The notes under the pieces were generated by a model. The model did not search any database. It saw only the letters and a program-made list of their open reading frames with translations, and was not told the DNA's origin. Both the position numbers and the translations under genes were made by a program. DNA of 63,817 bases, the filler included, from Octopus bimaculoides (Eukaryota), in assembly GCF_001194135.2 (NCBI RefSeq). It is 7 parts of 6 records of this genome, joined end to end, with 100 filler letters (N's around TTAATTAATTAA, not from the genome) between each part and the next. Parts side by side here need not be neighbours in the genome. Positions count along the whole stretch, not along the records: positions 1 to 12,815 come from NC_068991.1; 6 more parts are not named here. One strand, written 5' to 3'. Position 1 is the first letter of the stretch. Each line of letters starts with the position of its first letter. Of the stretch, positions 1-12,400 are shown piece after piece.

Positions 1-177
1 GTTTTGGACATTAACATTCTCCTGATAGATTTCAGACAGCATGAGCATGGCTTGGGTCACAGCAATAATTGCACTCAAAGATTCTCAATTCAAAGACATA
101 TCTATATAAAATTTCTGGATTTCAAAGGCTTTCTTCTGGCTGAAATTCTTGCTGAAATGGCAATTTTAAGTTAACAG

Positions 178-385
178 TCATGTCAAATTTTGGCACAAGG
201 CCAGCAATTTTGGAGGAGGGGGTAAGTCAACTGCATCTACTTCAGTACTCAACGGGTACTTATTTTATTGACCCTGAAAGGATGAAAGGCAAAGTTGAGC
301 TTGGCAGAATTTGCACTCAGAACCTGAAGACAGATGAAATACTGCTAAGCAATTTGCCCAGCATGCTAACAATTCTGCCAGTTCA
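178..385 (-). mobile_element. SINE family B, reverse orientation, CpG-decayed
   Basis: AAATTTTGGCACAAGGCCAGCAATTTT...GAAAGGATGAAAGGCAAAG...GAATTTGCACTCAGAAC. Confidence 0.8.
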
Positions 386-717
386 CATTAAAAAAGCAAA
401 AAAATATTTTATCATTTCTGACTCTGCATACTTTTTCATGTACAAATTAAAATAATCTCAAAGCAAATTGGAATAAACATCAAGCAAATAAATATAAACT
501 CAAAGCGAATTAAATATTTTCTCTAATTAGATAATTCCCATAATGCCACTAGTAACATGTAATAAAATACAGTTTAATTTTGAATACTGTCAAAACAACT
601 TTCATGAATTTATGGGAAATCACTTTGTCAAATTGTTTATATCTGTTCTCTCTATTCTAAACAAAGTCTTAGTTATTTTCTTTCCATCATTAACTCCTAT
701 ATATGTCACTGATATCA

Positions 718-1040
718 TCATCATCGTTTAACGTCCGCTTTCCATGCTAGCATGGGTTGGACGATTTGACTGAGGACTGGTGAAACCGGATGGCAACACC
801 AGGCTCCAGTCTGATTTGGCAGAGTTTCTACAGCTGGATGCCCTTCCTAACGCCAACCACTCAGAGAGTGTAGTGGGTGCTTTTACGTGTCACCCGCACG
901 AAAACGGCCACGCTCGAAATGGTGTCTTTTATGTGCCACCCGCACAAGCCAGTCCAGGGGCACTGGCAACGATCTCGCTCGAAAATCCTACAGGAGCCAG
1001 TCAGGCGGTACTGGCAACGGCCACGCTCAAAAGGCTTGGT
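718..1040 (-). mobile_element. SINE/LINE-tail family C, reverse orientation
   Basis: Reverse complement contains TTGGCGTTAGGAAGGGCATCCAGCTGTAGAAAC and ends CATGGAAAGCGGACGTTAAACGATGATGATG. Related copies at 10730-10790, 42045-42205, 42340-42570 and 42770. Confidence 0.75.
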
Positions 1041-2380
1041 AAAAGCTGAATCTGTTTTGCAAGACAATTCATAACTGAAGTTTATATATCTGCTAATGAA
1101 GAGTTTGCTATCTTGTCCACATGTACTACTATTACTATTCTCATTGACAATGACAGTTTCAAAATTAGGGGTAAGTTATGAGAGAGAAAATATATGTAAA
1201 CCCTACATAGTAGATTTACAAACATGGAAAATATAACTATTTCTCTGTAGTTTGAAAAAGTGATGAGCAACTATAATTGACTTTTGAACTTTACTGAGTT
1301 CTCATCAATATGTCTACATCACTTGACCGATACAAGAGAAACAAGTAATCAATCTGTTTATATTCACAACAAATCTAGTAACTTTAGAGAACTGGCACTT
1401 CTAATTTGCATACTATAAGTATTTCACACTTTATCTAATATCAGCAGCCTAACAATAGGAATCTTAGTCCAGCAAGCTTACTATATATCAAAAGCTGTAT
1501 CTAATTACAACAGCAACAAAAACAATAATGAGCAAGTATAAAAGATAAATGTTAGTTTGTCAATCATACAAAGGTCTTTTTTTCCCTCATGCAGTCCAGA
1601 CTGTGCTTGTACACATTCTACCTGTCTGAACAGTAATTCATACTGGAGACATATTTGTACTTTGTACAGAGTCTCTAACTCTTCAGAACTATGGAAATCT
1701 AGAGTTTGTGGTGCAATTTTCATGATGTGAAATACATATGGTCACCATAAAAGATTGTTAACTCTAAAGACTAGTATTTGAATGGAGAACAGATTTAGCT
1801 GTATTAGCTAACTGTAGACAATAACAAGAAATAGAAGCTAATTTAGAATCATCATCAAAACTAGACTGCAAAATTGACATGCAAAAAGAGTAGCAAGGTA
1901 TGATTAAGCTGAATTTATGATCCAATCTGAACAAATCTGGTGTCAATTGTTTTCAAATAAAGATTTGCAATGAGATTTACAGCTATAAAATGGAGTTTAC
2001 TATATGGATATATACATATATGCATGCATGCATGCATACATACATACATACATACATACATACATACATACACTGCCTAAATACCAATCTTGAGAAATTA
2101 GGCTTCTCAAAACCAGAAAGGAGAAAGCTAATTTGAAGACTACAGATCCAATCCATCATTGGAACAGTAAAAATCTGTAAAACTTTCCAGAAATTTATCA
2201 TTTAAATATATATGAGCATGTCTAGATAAGCAGCTATATACATGAGAATACATACATAAAGCAAAACATACAAATTTGCACACATACATACATACATACA
2301 TACCTATATACACACATAGATAGATAGATACATACATACATACATACAGACAGACAGACAGACAGACAGATAGATAGATA

Positions 2381-3406
2381 CTAGCTGAATAGCCCGTCAT
2401 TGCCTGGCAATTTTTACAATAGAATGTCTTATATAATTTTTTGTTTATTCCTTATCAGACCATGCCATCCCTGACAGATAGACCTGATCAGGACAATATT
2501 TGTGCAATTTTCCACTAAAAACTTTGTTGAGTATTTTTTTTCCTTTTTAAATTATTTACATGTCTGTTCAGCCATTTCACATGACTTTATTCATTAAAAC
2601 TTATTAAAACTTCAGAAGTTCTTACAACTTTGGTTGTTGTAATGCTTTGCTTTCATTTGTTTAATAAAAATTCCTCCTCATAATGATTTTGCTTTCATTT
2701 TGTGATAGATAGCTATCATGCAGAAATGCTAGCTTCCATATTATGTTTTCTGATTAGGTAAAATTGATTAAACTTTAAACCTCAGTAACATTTTGCTTCA
2801 ATTTTTCTGGAACAAATAAATAACAAAATCAGATTTAACGTGGAAAATTATTTCAATATACCAAATTTGAACATTTTGACATAATCTAAAAATTTCACAA
2901 TATGTAACAGCAACAGGGAAGACCCTACAAAAGTAGAAAGAGACAGACTGATTTTGACGTCACACACACACACACACAAACATACACATACACACACACA
3001 CATTTACAAACGTACACACAGATAATCACAAGTTTAAAATGGTGTATAGTAGACATATGTATGTATGTATGCAGCATCACGTGCATATGACAGCTGTATT
3101 AATATTATCATCCCACTGCTACTCCATATTTGTTGCTTACACAATGGTCTTCTCCCCTTCCCTTATATCAGTCACACTCACTATGCCTCTACATTTCCCT
3201 CTCACGAACACTTTGCACCCTTCTCATTTTATCATATAATAGCCCAACACCCCTAGGGAGTCCATTATAGATTTCTATTGAAATCCAATTAACCTATAAT
3301 TGAATGGATGTTAGTTTAACATGTATGCAAAGTTTCGTGAAGATTGGTTCACTGGTGTAGGCAGCAAGGTGGTAATAGACAGACAGACAGAAATTGCCAT
3401 TTTATG

Positions 3407-3412
<6 letters not shown>
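2381..3412 (-). mobile_element. non-autonomous Helitron-like element
   Basis: Minus-strand 3' end is hairpin GCCAGGCAATGACGGGC followed by TATTCAG-CTAG (CTAG at 2381-2384). The other end reads TATACATAAAATGGCAATTTCTGTCTGTCTG next to (TA)n. Confidence 0.65.
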
Positions 3413-3460
<48 letters not shown>

Positions 3461-4708
3461 NNNNNNNNNNNNNNNNNNNNNNNNNNNNNNNNNNNGTTTA
3501 TTTGTCAAGTTTTCAAATTTTTGCTATGTAAAATGTATTGTCTTTTTCAAAATTGGTATATTGATGTAATTTTTCACACAGAATCTGATTTTGTTATTTA
3601 CGAGTTCCAGAAAAATTTTATAAAAATGTTCGCTAAAAATGTTACAAATTGATCAACCCCATGTCACCCACTGGTTGAACTGACCTTAAACCCTAAATCT
3701 TAATTCTAACCCTAAACCTCAACCCTAAGCTCTAACCCTGGTGTATCTCAAATTTTCATTTTTGAATTTCTGCTATTAATTGTTTCTATAAACTGAACTG
3801 TTTTTGTAACTTTTCACAAAAAAAAAAAAAAAAAGAAATTTCATTAATAATTTTTCTGTTTTGTATCCCTTATTCCAGTGTTTCACTTCACATTATTCAT
3901 TTAAACTTATTAAAACTTCAAAACTTCATACAACATTTGTCATTATAATATATTACTTTCATTTTGCTTGATAAAAGTTATCACATACAGAATGCCAGCT
4001 TCCAAATCCTGTTTTATGATGGGTAAAAATAATCAAATTCTAAACCTCTGTAATATTTTTCTAAACTTTTTTCTGGAACAAGTGAATAACAACATAGATT
4101 GAGCATAAAAAGTCACCTCCATATACCAAATTGGAAGATTTTCACTTGATTAAGAAATTTTTTTAAATGAAAACCAAACAGAAAAGATCCCCATTATGGA
4201 GAAATCAAGACTACTAGCTGGACCCGTGAAAACTTCATGAAAAATACTAAAAAATGTAAGCATCTGTAAATTGTGTGCCAGTGCCATGAGAAATGTTTCT
4301 ATACTTTGACACTTACAGTAATATCCAATATTGGCTGAGGACTCAGTATATAGAATACAGTAATTAATTATATTGTAGGAAAATAAAAGTAACATCCAAT
4401 ATTTGCTGTGGTTATGTATTTGTCTACTCTGAAAATACTGATAAACATTTAAAAATACAAAATAAACGCCACCTTCCTTTCAGTCACCACTCACTCTCTG
4501 TCCCCCCTCTCGCTTTACTGCTCACTTCAAGTATACCTCCTCTACTTAACACCTTTTATTTTTATTTTTCGTTCTACCTCTCCCTTCAAGTGTAGAAAAG
4601 TAACAGTAACATCCACAGGTATTTGCTGAGAGAGACCGACAGAGGAAGAGAGAGAGGCAGACAGAAAGAATAACAGTCAGACAGACAGACATATAGATAG
4701 ATAAATAG

Positions 4709-4744
<36 letters not shown>

Positions 4745-6007
4745 TAGATAGATAGATAGATAGACAGATAGATGTATAGATAGATAGATAGATAGATAGA
4801 TAGGCCACTGTTAGGACTGGATTAACCCCCTTAGTGACCCTAACGAGTAAAAAGTTTTTCCTGCCTCTGTATTGGATCTTTTTTCATTTTCTTCTTACCA
4901 CTTGGTTTATCTTGCTCCAGTCCACTCAGCTGGCCAAAATGAATTGCAGTTGGAATTCAAAGGGGCCAGCTTTGTCACATTGTGTGAGACTGAATCTCCC
5001 TGAGAACTACGTTAATGGTATGCATGTCTGAGGAGTACTCAGCCACTTGCTCGTTAATTTTATCCTGGTGTGGTAATGAAAAGTGAAAGTGACAGCCAAT
5101 GTTTGCTGTAGTTATTTGACTTTGATTTACCAAAGTGTCTATGTATCTACTTTCTTTCGATGTATGTATCAGTCTACTCTGAAAATACTGATAAACATTT
5201 TTCGTCTCTTCCTTTCAGTCACCATTCACTCCCTCTCTCTCTCACTCTTTCTCTCCCACTCCCTCTCTGTCCCTCTTTTCTCGCTTGCTTTGTACCTCTC
5301 TCTCTCTTTGTACCTCTCTCTTCAACCTTTTTACCTCTTCCTTTGAAGTAAATCTGACACACACCACAGGTGTGTACGAAAACAAACAAAACTAAGTGTA
5401 TTAATATTGATTTTAAAGATCAAATTTCTTTTTTTAGTTTCAGCCAATCACATGTAACCAATCTTGATATGCCAAAAATCAGCTGCTGCCATCTGGTGTT
5501 TATGACATTGGTATTGTGTGTGTTGTAACATCACAAACACTACAACTGCCATAACCACTATAAAAGCAGCATTTGTATTATTAGTTGTTGTGATTGTGTT
5601 TAGTATTGGTATAGGGAAGAGTGGTTAAAAGTTGTAACAGCCATCAGATAGTAATAGTAGTAGTAGTAGTAGATACTATAGATATAACTATATTCTTTAT
5701 TTCTCGCAAAAACGAATGCAATTTCCCTCATCAGCTAAAGTACATTTTTTTTTTAATATTCAGGTTAAAATTTGAGTGGTTGGAAGAAATTTAATAAGAT
5801 CCATACTTCAAAGTTATTGTTGTTTAACCCCAGGTCTGTACTCGTCTTGCTATGTCTAGCAAGGCAATTATACAACTTACATTTTTAAGAGATTTTGCTG
5901 CTATTTCTAAACATCTACCATGAAGAGGTGTACCTCGGCTCATGTCTACATGTATACATCAAGCATAAAATAACAGAAGTTTGATTTAGCCTGTTTTATT
6001 TCAGTAC

Positions 6008-6069
6008 GTTGCTATGGAAACTTAGCAATTCCAACTTATGGCGTGTCGAGATTGCTTGCATCCGATTGG
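6008..6069. promoter_or_regulatory. RFX X-box plus inverted CCAAT box
   Basis: GTTGCTATGGAAAC (6008-6021) matches GTHNYYATRRNAAC exactly. CCGATTGGCTG (ATTGG 6065-6069) is an NF-Y-type box. Non-repeat, CpG-containing context. Confidence 0.55.
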
Positions 6070-6775
6070 CTGAATTTCCTCCACCCTTCCATCCACAATT
6101 CTAATTTAAAGGTATATAATTTTTTTCCTCAATATTTCTCCCTCAAAATGGTTATAAATTTTGTAATTGAGACGAAACACTGCAGCTGCCTAAAATTTTT
6201 CAAATAAATTGTGTATTGTGTGCCTGGATCTTTTGATCGAACAACGGGAAAACCGGCGAAAAGCCATTCACTCTTTACATTGACACCATTTGAATACAAA
6301 CATTACTTTCACTTTTAATAGTTGAAAATAAACAAAAGGATTAAAAAACAGAAAGCGAGAAACAAAAAAGAAAAACAAAAGTCAGACCAAAGCAAAAGAC
6401 ACTACCATTGGCAATATGAAGTTAGAAAGTACAGTTTATACTTATAGCATTTACATTTCATACATACATACATCCCGGATTTCCGTCGGTTACGACGACG
6501 AGTCTTCCAGCTGATACTACCAACGTAGTTCTTGGATAGATTCAGCGTGACAGTGTGACAAGGGTGGCCCTTTTGTGAGTGGACAGGAGCAACAAGAAAT
6601 AAAGAGTCTTGCCCAAGGACACAATGCACCAGTGTAAATCGAACTCACGACCTTACGACCATGAGCCGTATACCCTTACCACCAAGCGACGCACCTTCAC
6701 CACTACATACATACATACATACATACATACATACATACATGCATACATACATACATGCATACATACATACATACA

Positions 6776-6808
<33 letters not shown>

Positions 6809-7947
6809 GTGTGTAGGCGCAGGTGTTGCTGTATGGTTAAGAAGCAACTGAGAGGTAAGGTGATGAGAGAGGGAAGGAAAGAGAAGAGGAAAGAAAAAGA
6901 AAGAGACGTCGCACCAACAATTCCGAAGATAGACGCGTATCGTTATATTAAATAAGTTTCGAAAATTAAACAAAAGCACAACAAAGGAACGAACGGAAAA
7001 TTCACGTGCGTGTGTAGGTATTTGTCTCCGCCACAGCTTGACAACCGGTGTTGGTTTGTTTATGTCCCGGTAATATAGCGGTTCGGTAATAGAAACTGAT
7101 GCAATAAATACCAGTCTTAAAAATGATACTAGGGTCGATTTGTTCGAGACTAAACCCCTCCACGGTGGTATCTCACCCTTGCCGCAGTCCAATGACAAGT
7201 AAAAGAAGGGCATACATACATACATTCATTCATACATACATACATACATACATACATACATACATACATACATACACGCGCGCGTACGCATGCACAGTGA
7301 TTTGCTCCATATACACATACTTACCTATATATGTATATCTATCTACATACACACATACATACATACATACATACAGACATACATACATACGTGTGTGTAT
7401 GTGTGTCAGGTATTGTTGTAAATGTATGAGTGCGTGTGTATATGAGTAAATGCATTTTCTTCATAGCACATCTAAGGCAGTAGGCACGAAGAAAGAAGCA
7501 AAGAAAAAACTCTAAAGGAAATTTATACCCATACGTTTCAATATGTAAAATATATACAAACTTAGACATAAATTCACATATATTGCACAAATGCACGTTA
7601 TACCCCTATTCCTATTTGCCAGCGTTCATTTCTGTGATACGGTATCGCGTTTGTTGTCCATTTAATACACCTAATACCTGTCGGAATTTTTCATTAACGA
7701 TCTAGTTAGTGATGCTGCCGTAGAACATTCGTCGGGATCATTTATAAGTATATTAAGACACAAAGAAAAGTTTTTATTCACAATGGAAATGTTAATTGTT
7801 TAGGATCTAAAGTATAAAGATTCGAATGTATTTTTGTATTTAAATACAATTACATTCGCACAAAATGCATCTTCATTTTAAATATCATTTGGTAGTTTTT
7901 AGATGAAAGTCAAATTTGTGGGGTGTAATTTGTTGATGGCAAAACCA

Positions 7948-8017
7948 TGACGTCAAAATAATCCACGTATATTGAAATGTGATTGGATAGAGAAATAAGT
8001 TTCGCAAATCCGATTGG
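7948..8017. promoter_or_regulatory. CRE palindrome plus two inverted CCAAT boxes
   Basis: TGACGTCA at 7948-7955; ATTGG at 7982-7986 and 8013-8017 (31 bp apart). Confidence 0.5.
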
Positions 8018-8247
8018 CTAGTACAGTGCACACCTCTTAGAAAAGGCCACTTACTGATACCGCGTACCCTCCTTCCAGTTTACATTACTTAATACTGCTC
8101 TGTCAGCTGAGACTAAAGCAGCGATTTTAACGGCCAGGAAATATTTTATCATGTTATTTTGGTGATGATGGCACTAAAATTTACAAATCTAATCTTTCGA
8201 AAACATGTTAAAAACAATTTATTGTCATATATTTTTTTGATCCGAAA

Positions 8248-8269
8248 ATGGTCACACCAGACGACGAAG
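8248..8269 (+). CDS. candidate first coding exon (MVTPDDE, phase 1), product unknown
   Basis: AAAATGG start context and AAG|GTTTGT donor about 230 bp downstream of the promoter cluster. No downstream exon identified. Confidence 0.3.
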
Positions 8270-8940
8270 GTTTGTAATGCTTCTTAACTTCTTAGTGTTG
8301 TTCGGTATCAAATAGTACTTGAAATATTTGAAATTTCTCCAATTTCGTTTCATTTCTATGTTTAATTCATAATTGATATAAAATTGTATAGCAGATTTCT
8401 CTAACCTCTTAATCTGAAGTCAGATAGCAATTTCAAGCTCAGCTGATTATTTTGACAATCTAACAGCGATGGGTTACGTAATTCCTGCCTACTGTTCCCT
8501 CTTCTTGTCATCCTCTACAACTTGCCATCATTCCACTTACCTCCTTCTCCTAATTTATTTGGGGTTCCGTGCACTTTTAGTAACACATTAACTTTAACCA
8601 TAAATTGATTTTTATACATGGTTTATCCTGCAGTTAAAAGTCAACGGGGCAGCTGAAGATCGTAAAGGGCGAAAACTGATGCTTTTTGTAACAAAGCTTC
8701 CCGAAGAATTGATTTCAAGGAATTATTTGTTCAGATTTTTTTTATTGCATCAACATCTTGCCAACAACTGTGATATATCTTGCACAAACATACGGGGGAA
8801 GAACCAATACATTCAGCTTTGACATACACAAATATGTTTGTGTGTGTGTGTATAAAGAAGTACACTCTAAATCATTAGAACAATAATATTTTTTTTTTTC
8901 AAAAGTTAATTATTCTAGCCGGCCATAACAATTAACTTCC

Positions 8941-8980
<40 letters not shown>

Positions 8981-9038
8981 TGTATATGTATGTATGTCTA
9001 AACAGAAAGTATATGTTTGATATAGTATGTAGCATTAG

Positions 9039-9094
<56 letters not shown>

Positions 9095-9135
9095 GTATAT
9101 TGTTGTATTTGGGGATGGTCATGTTGCCAGTTTAG

Positions 9136-9193
<58 letters not shown>

Positions 9194-9497
9194 TAATATA
9201 TACACTATATAATATAATATATATATATGTATGTATATGTACATATGTATATATGTATGTATGTATGTATATTTATATGATGTATGTGTGTGTGTTCCAT
9301 CATAACGCTGCAACTAGTGTAGCATCTCCATTCATGTGTTCGATATTAGTACTATAAAACAGTTCCATCGATCGTGGATGTTTTACATGTGAACTGGTGT
9401 ACACACATACACACGCAAACACACACACACACACACATACATACATAGATATAGATAAACAAATGTACGTGTATATATGTGTGTATAGGTGTATGTA

Positions 9498-9532
<35 letters not shown>

Positions 9533-9671
9533 NNNNNNNNNNNNNNNNNNNNNNNNNNNNNNNNNNNNNNNNNNNNNNNNNNNNNNNNNNNNNNNNNNNN
9601 NNNNNNNNNNNNNNNNNNNNNNNNNNNNNNNNNNNNNNNNNNNNNNNNNNNNNNNNNNNNNNNNNNNNNNN

Positions 9672-9808
9672 TATTATTTAGCAGAAGTAACAGAGTGACT
9701 CAAGGTGCGAGAGTTTCATGCATTAGCACTTATCAAACTAATTGTAAGTGCTAACGCACTAAACTCTCGGACCTTGAGTCAGTCTGTTACTTCTGCTAAT
9801 ATTAATAA
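9672..9808. mobile_element. fold-back MITE-like imperfect palindrome
   Basis: TTAGCAGAAGTAACAGAGTGACTCAAGGT...TTAGCACTTA paired with TAAGTGCTAA...ACCTTGAGTCAGTCTGTTACTTCTGCTAA. Confidence 0.75.
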
Positions 9809-10324
9809 AAATATATATATTCTCATATTTTGAGTTCTGTTTTTCCTGTTTGCTCTATCATACCTACACACACACACACACACATTCATGCATATTATAC
9901 ACCTGGATTTTTAGCAGCAATACTTGCTAACAATGAGCTATATAGAAACTATCAGCTCATCAAATTTCTTCGCAACTTCGATATGGAAAAACCTGTGTAA
10001 CTCCTAATGTCAATAAATTGTTATTGTATCTTATCGTATACTATCCACTTAACTTTTTATCAGCCGCTTACTGCTTAAAGCTTACAAAGTTCCTACACTC
10101 GGATTCCCGGATCGTATTGTGTGTGTGTGTGTGTAAGATGATGTTCATTAGATAATCGTTTATTCCTTGGTCGTTTCATTTTCTTATTACTGCTCTGTAC
10201 TCAACTAATGCTTCGTTCTGAAGAATATGTATATTGAGTTCTACACCAGGTTTTTGTCTCGCACTACCTAAGCGAAATATGTGTCGGCGGGTGGGATGGG
10301 AGTGTATAAATAGGCGATCTCTAA

Positions 10325-10480
10325 TAAAGCTTGATTCCCAACCACACGGTTCCGAGATCAGTCCTGCTGCCTGGCACCTTGGGCAAGTGTCTTCTACTAT
10401 AGCCCCGGGCCGACCAAATCCTTGTGAGTGGATTTGGTAGATGGAAACTGAAAGAAGCTCGTCATATATATGTATATATA
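10325..10480 (+). mobile_element. SINE family A fragment
   Basis: Same head and core as other copies. Confidence 0.8.
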
Positions 10481-11233
10481 TGTGTGTGATGCCTGGCGCC
10501 TGACCGTATTCAAGAAGACCCATACCCTGCAGCAGAAGTCTTAAGACCGTTCCTTCCGATTGTGTAAAGCACTCATGGCATTGTCACGTAAAAATGCCCA
10601 TGCAGCAACACATAAGAGCGCTCGTGCTGCAACACATAAAAGTGCCCTTGTGGTATCACGTAAAAGCGCCTGTGTAATACCACGTATAGGCACCCGTGTG
10701 GTGCCATGTAAAAGCATCCAGCATACTTTGTAAAGTGGTTGGTGTCAGGAAGAGTATCCAGCCATAGAAACCATGCCAAATCACCTTCCATAACAATAAG
10801 CGATAACTTGATAAGCCAATAATGTACACTGCTGTCGCTGACACTGTGAGACTATCTGTAATGTGACATCGTTGTAAGTGAACACAGCTCAAAACTGCAG
10901 AATTACACAATGCTGCTTAGTTAGCTGCTGCTACATCGACCAATTATGTCTTGTCATGAGTACACATAGTCAGCCAATAGCATGCCTGACAGACTCTTCG
11001 AGACATGCCCACAACAGATAGGAACAAACTTATGAATTTTGTTAGCAGACTTAAAGTTAGTGGAACTATATTTAGATGAAGCTAATTCGTCCAAAGTTAG
11101 CAAAAATGCTAATCCACTAAACAAAAAGTTAGCTTCGCTAATTGGCTGTTAGCGAATTAGCAGAACCGTGCCCACCACTGTATATATACAGCCTTGTGAG
11201 TGGATTTGGTAGATGGAAACTGAAAGAAGCCTG

Positions 11234-11266
<33 letters not shown>

Positions 11267-11267
<1 letters not shown>

Positions 11268-12400
11268 TAGCAGTATAACCCGGCGTTGTCCAGGTGTGAC
11301 TTATTACGCCATCTACGATAAGTCTTGCTAGGTGAAAATCAACTAAAAAAGAAAGTCTTAAAACGAAAAAACCCTATGATGTAAATATGTTCATAATTCA
11401 AAAGGCGATGAAATTAATAGGGAAAGTCTGAAGGCTGTTTTGCGTAACATTATTAAGCATATGTTAAATTCATCCATCTAATTGGCTATACAAATGATTT
11501 GTGTAAAACAACTTTTTGCGCTGCCCTGATTATACATAGGGTAGTCCCTTTTCGCAGGAGCTAGGACAGCAATTTCTGATGAAGCAATTGCTGGCGATCT
11601 GTTGCTACACAGTTCTGCCAGAATTCTATCAGATTGGGTAGTAGATGTTGATGCACCATTTTGCATTATGTTCAAAGTAGCTTCTGAAATGTGGTGAATT
11701 GCTGCAGTCTGTTGCTGTCTTTTTAAACCAGTTGCTTTCTTTCCCCAGCAAACTCTCTTCTTTGGATGCATAATCTATGTATATATTAAACAGAACAACA
11801 AAAGTTATAACAGATGGCAGGGTCGGTACTTTTCACATTTCGGTAATTTTTCCGATTAACACCTGCATGATTACCTAACGCTAACCCTAAAACCCTAAAC
11901 CTAACCCTAATCCTAACCCTAACCCTAAATCGTAACCCTAAAACTCTAATCCTAACCCTAACCCTAACCCTAAAACCCTAACCCTGACCCTAAAACCCTA
12001 ACACTAACACCCTTGCAATGTGTTGTCCTGTCTACATAAGCTCTGTAGTTTGTATATTTACAAAACATTGACGAACATGAGTTATATTGTAGTGAATGCT
12101 TGTGTGTACGTGCGCGTGTATGCGTTTGAGAGAGCAAGAGAGGAAGAGATAGAGAGAGGGGGAGAGAAAGGAATAGAGAACGGGAGCAATGAAGAGAGAA
12201 AAAGAGAGGAAGGGAGAACGGAAGACAGTTATAAAATAGCAATGCATGCGCGTGTTTATATAAGAAACACACACAAAGTAAATCTTATACCTATAATGTT
12301 GATGTGTTTATGTGTATGTTGTTGTCACAGATTACGTATATGTGGTTGTGTGTGTTTTTACGTTTCTATGTCATGAAAAATATGTTAGAGGTAGAGGGAT
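11267..12400 (-). mobile_element. non-autonomous Helitron-like element with internal telomere-like repeats
   Basis: Minus-strand 3' hairpin CCTGGACAACGCCGGG followed by TTATACTG-CTAG (11267-11270), inserted in (TA)n. The right boundary is approximate. Confidence 0.55.
11875..12015. repeat. interstitial telomere-like (TAACCC)n, degenerate
   Basis: CTAACCCTAAAACCCTAAACCTAACCCTAATCCTAACCC... Smaller or more degenerate arrays lie at 3685-3740 and 50810-50935. Confidence 0.85.

Noticed and set aside
5700-5740. Minus-strand CTGATGAGGGAAA...GCGAGAAA
   Set aside because: GAAA is misplaced relative to stem II and there is no valid stem III/UH.
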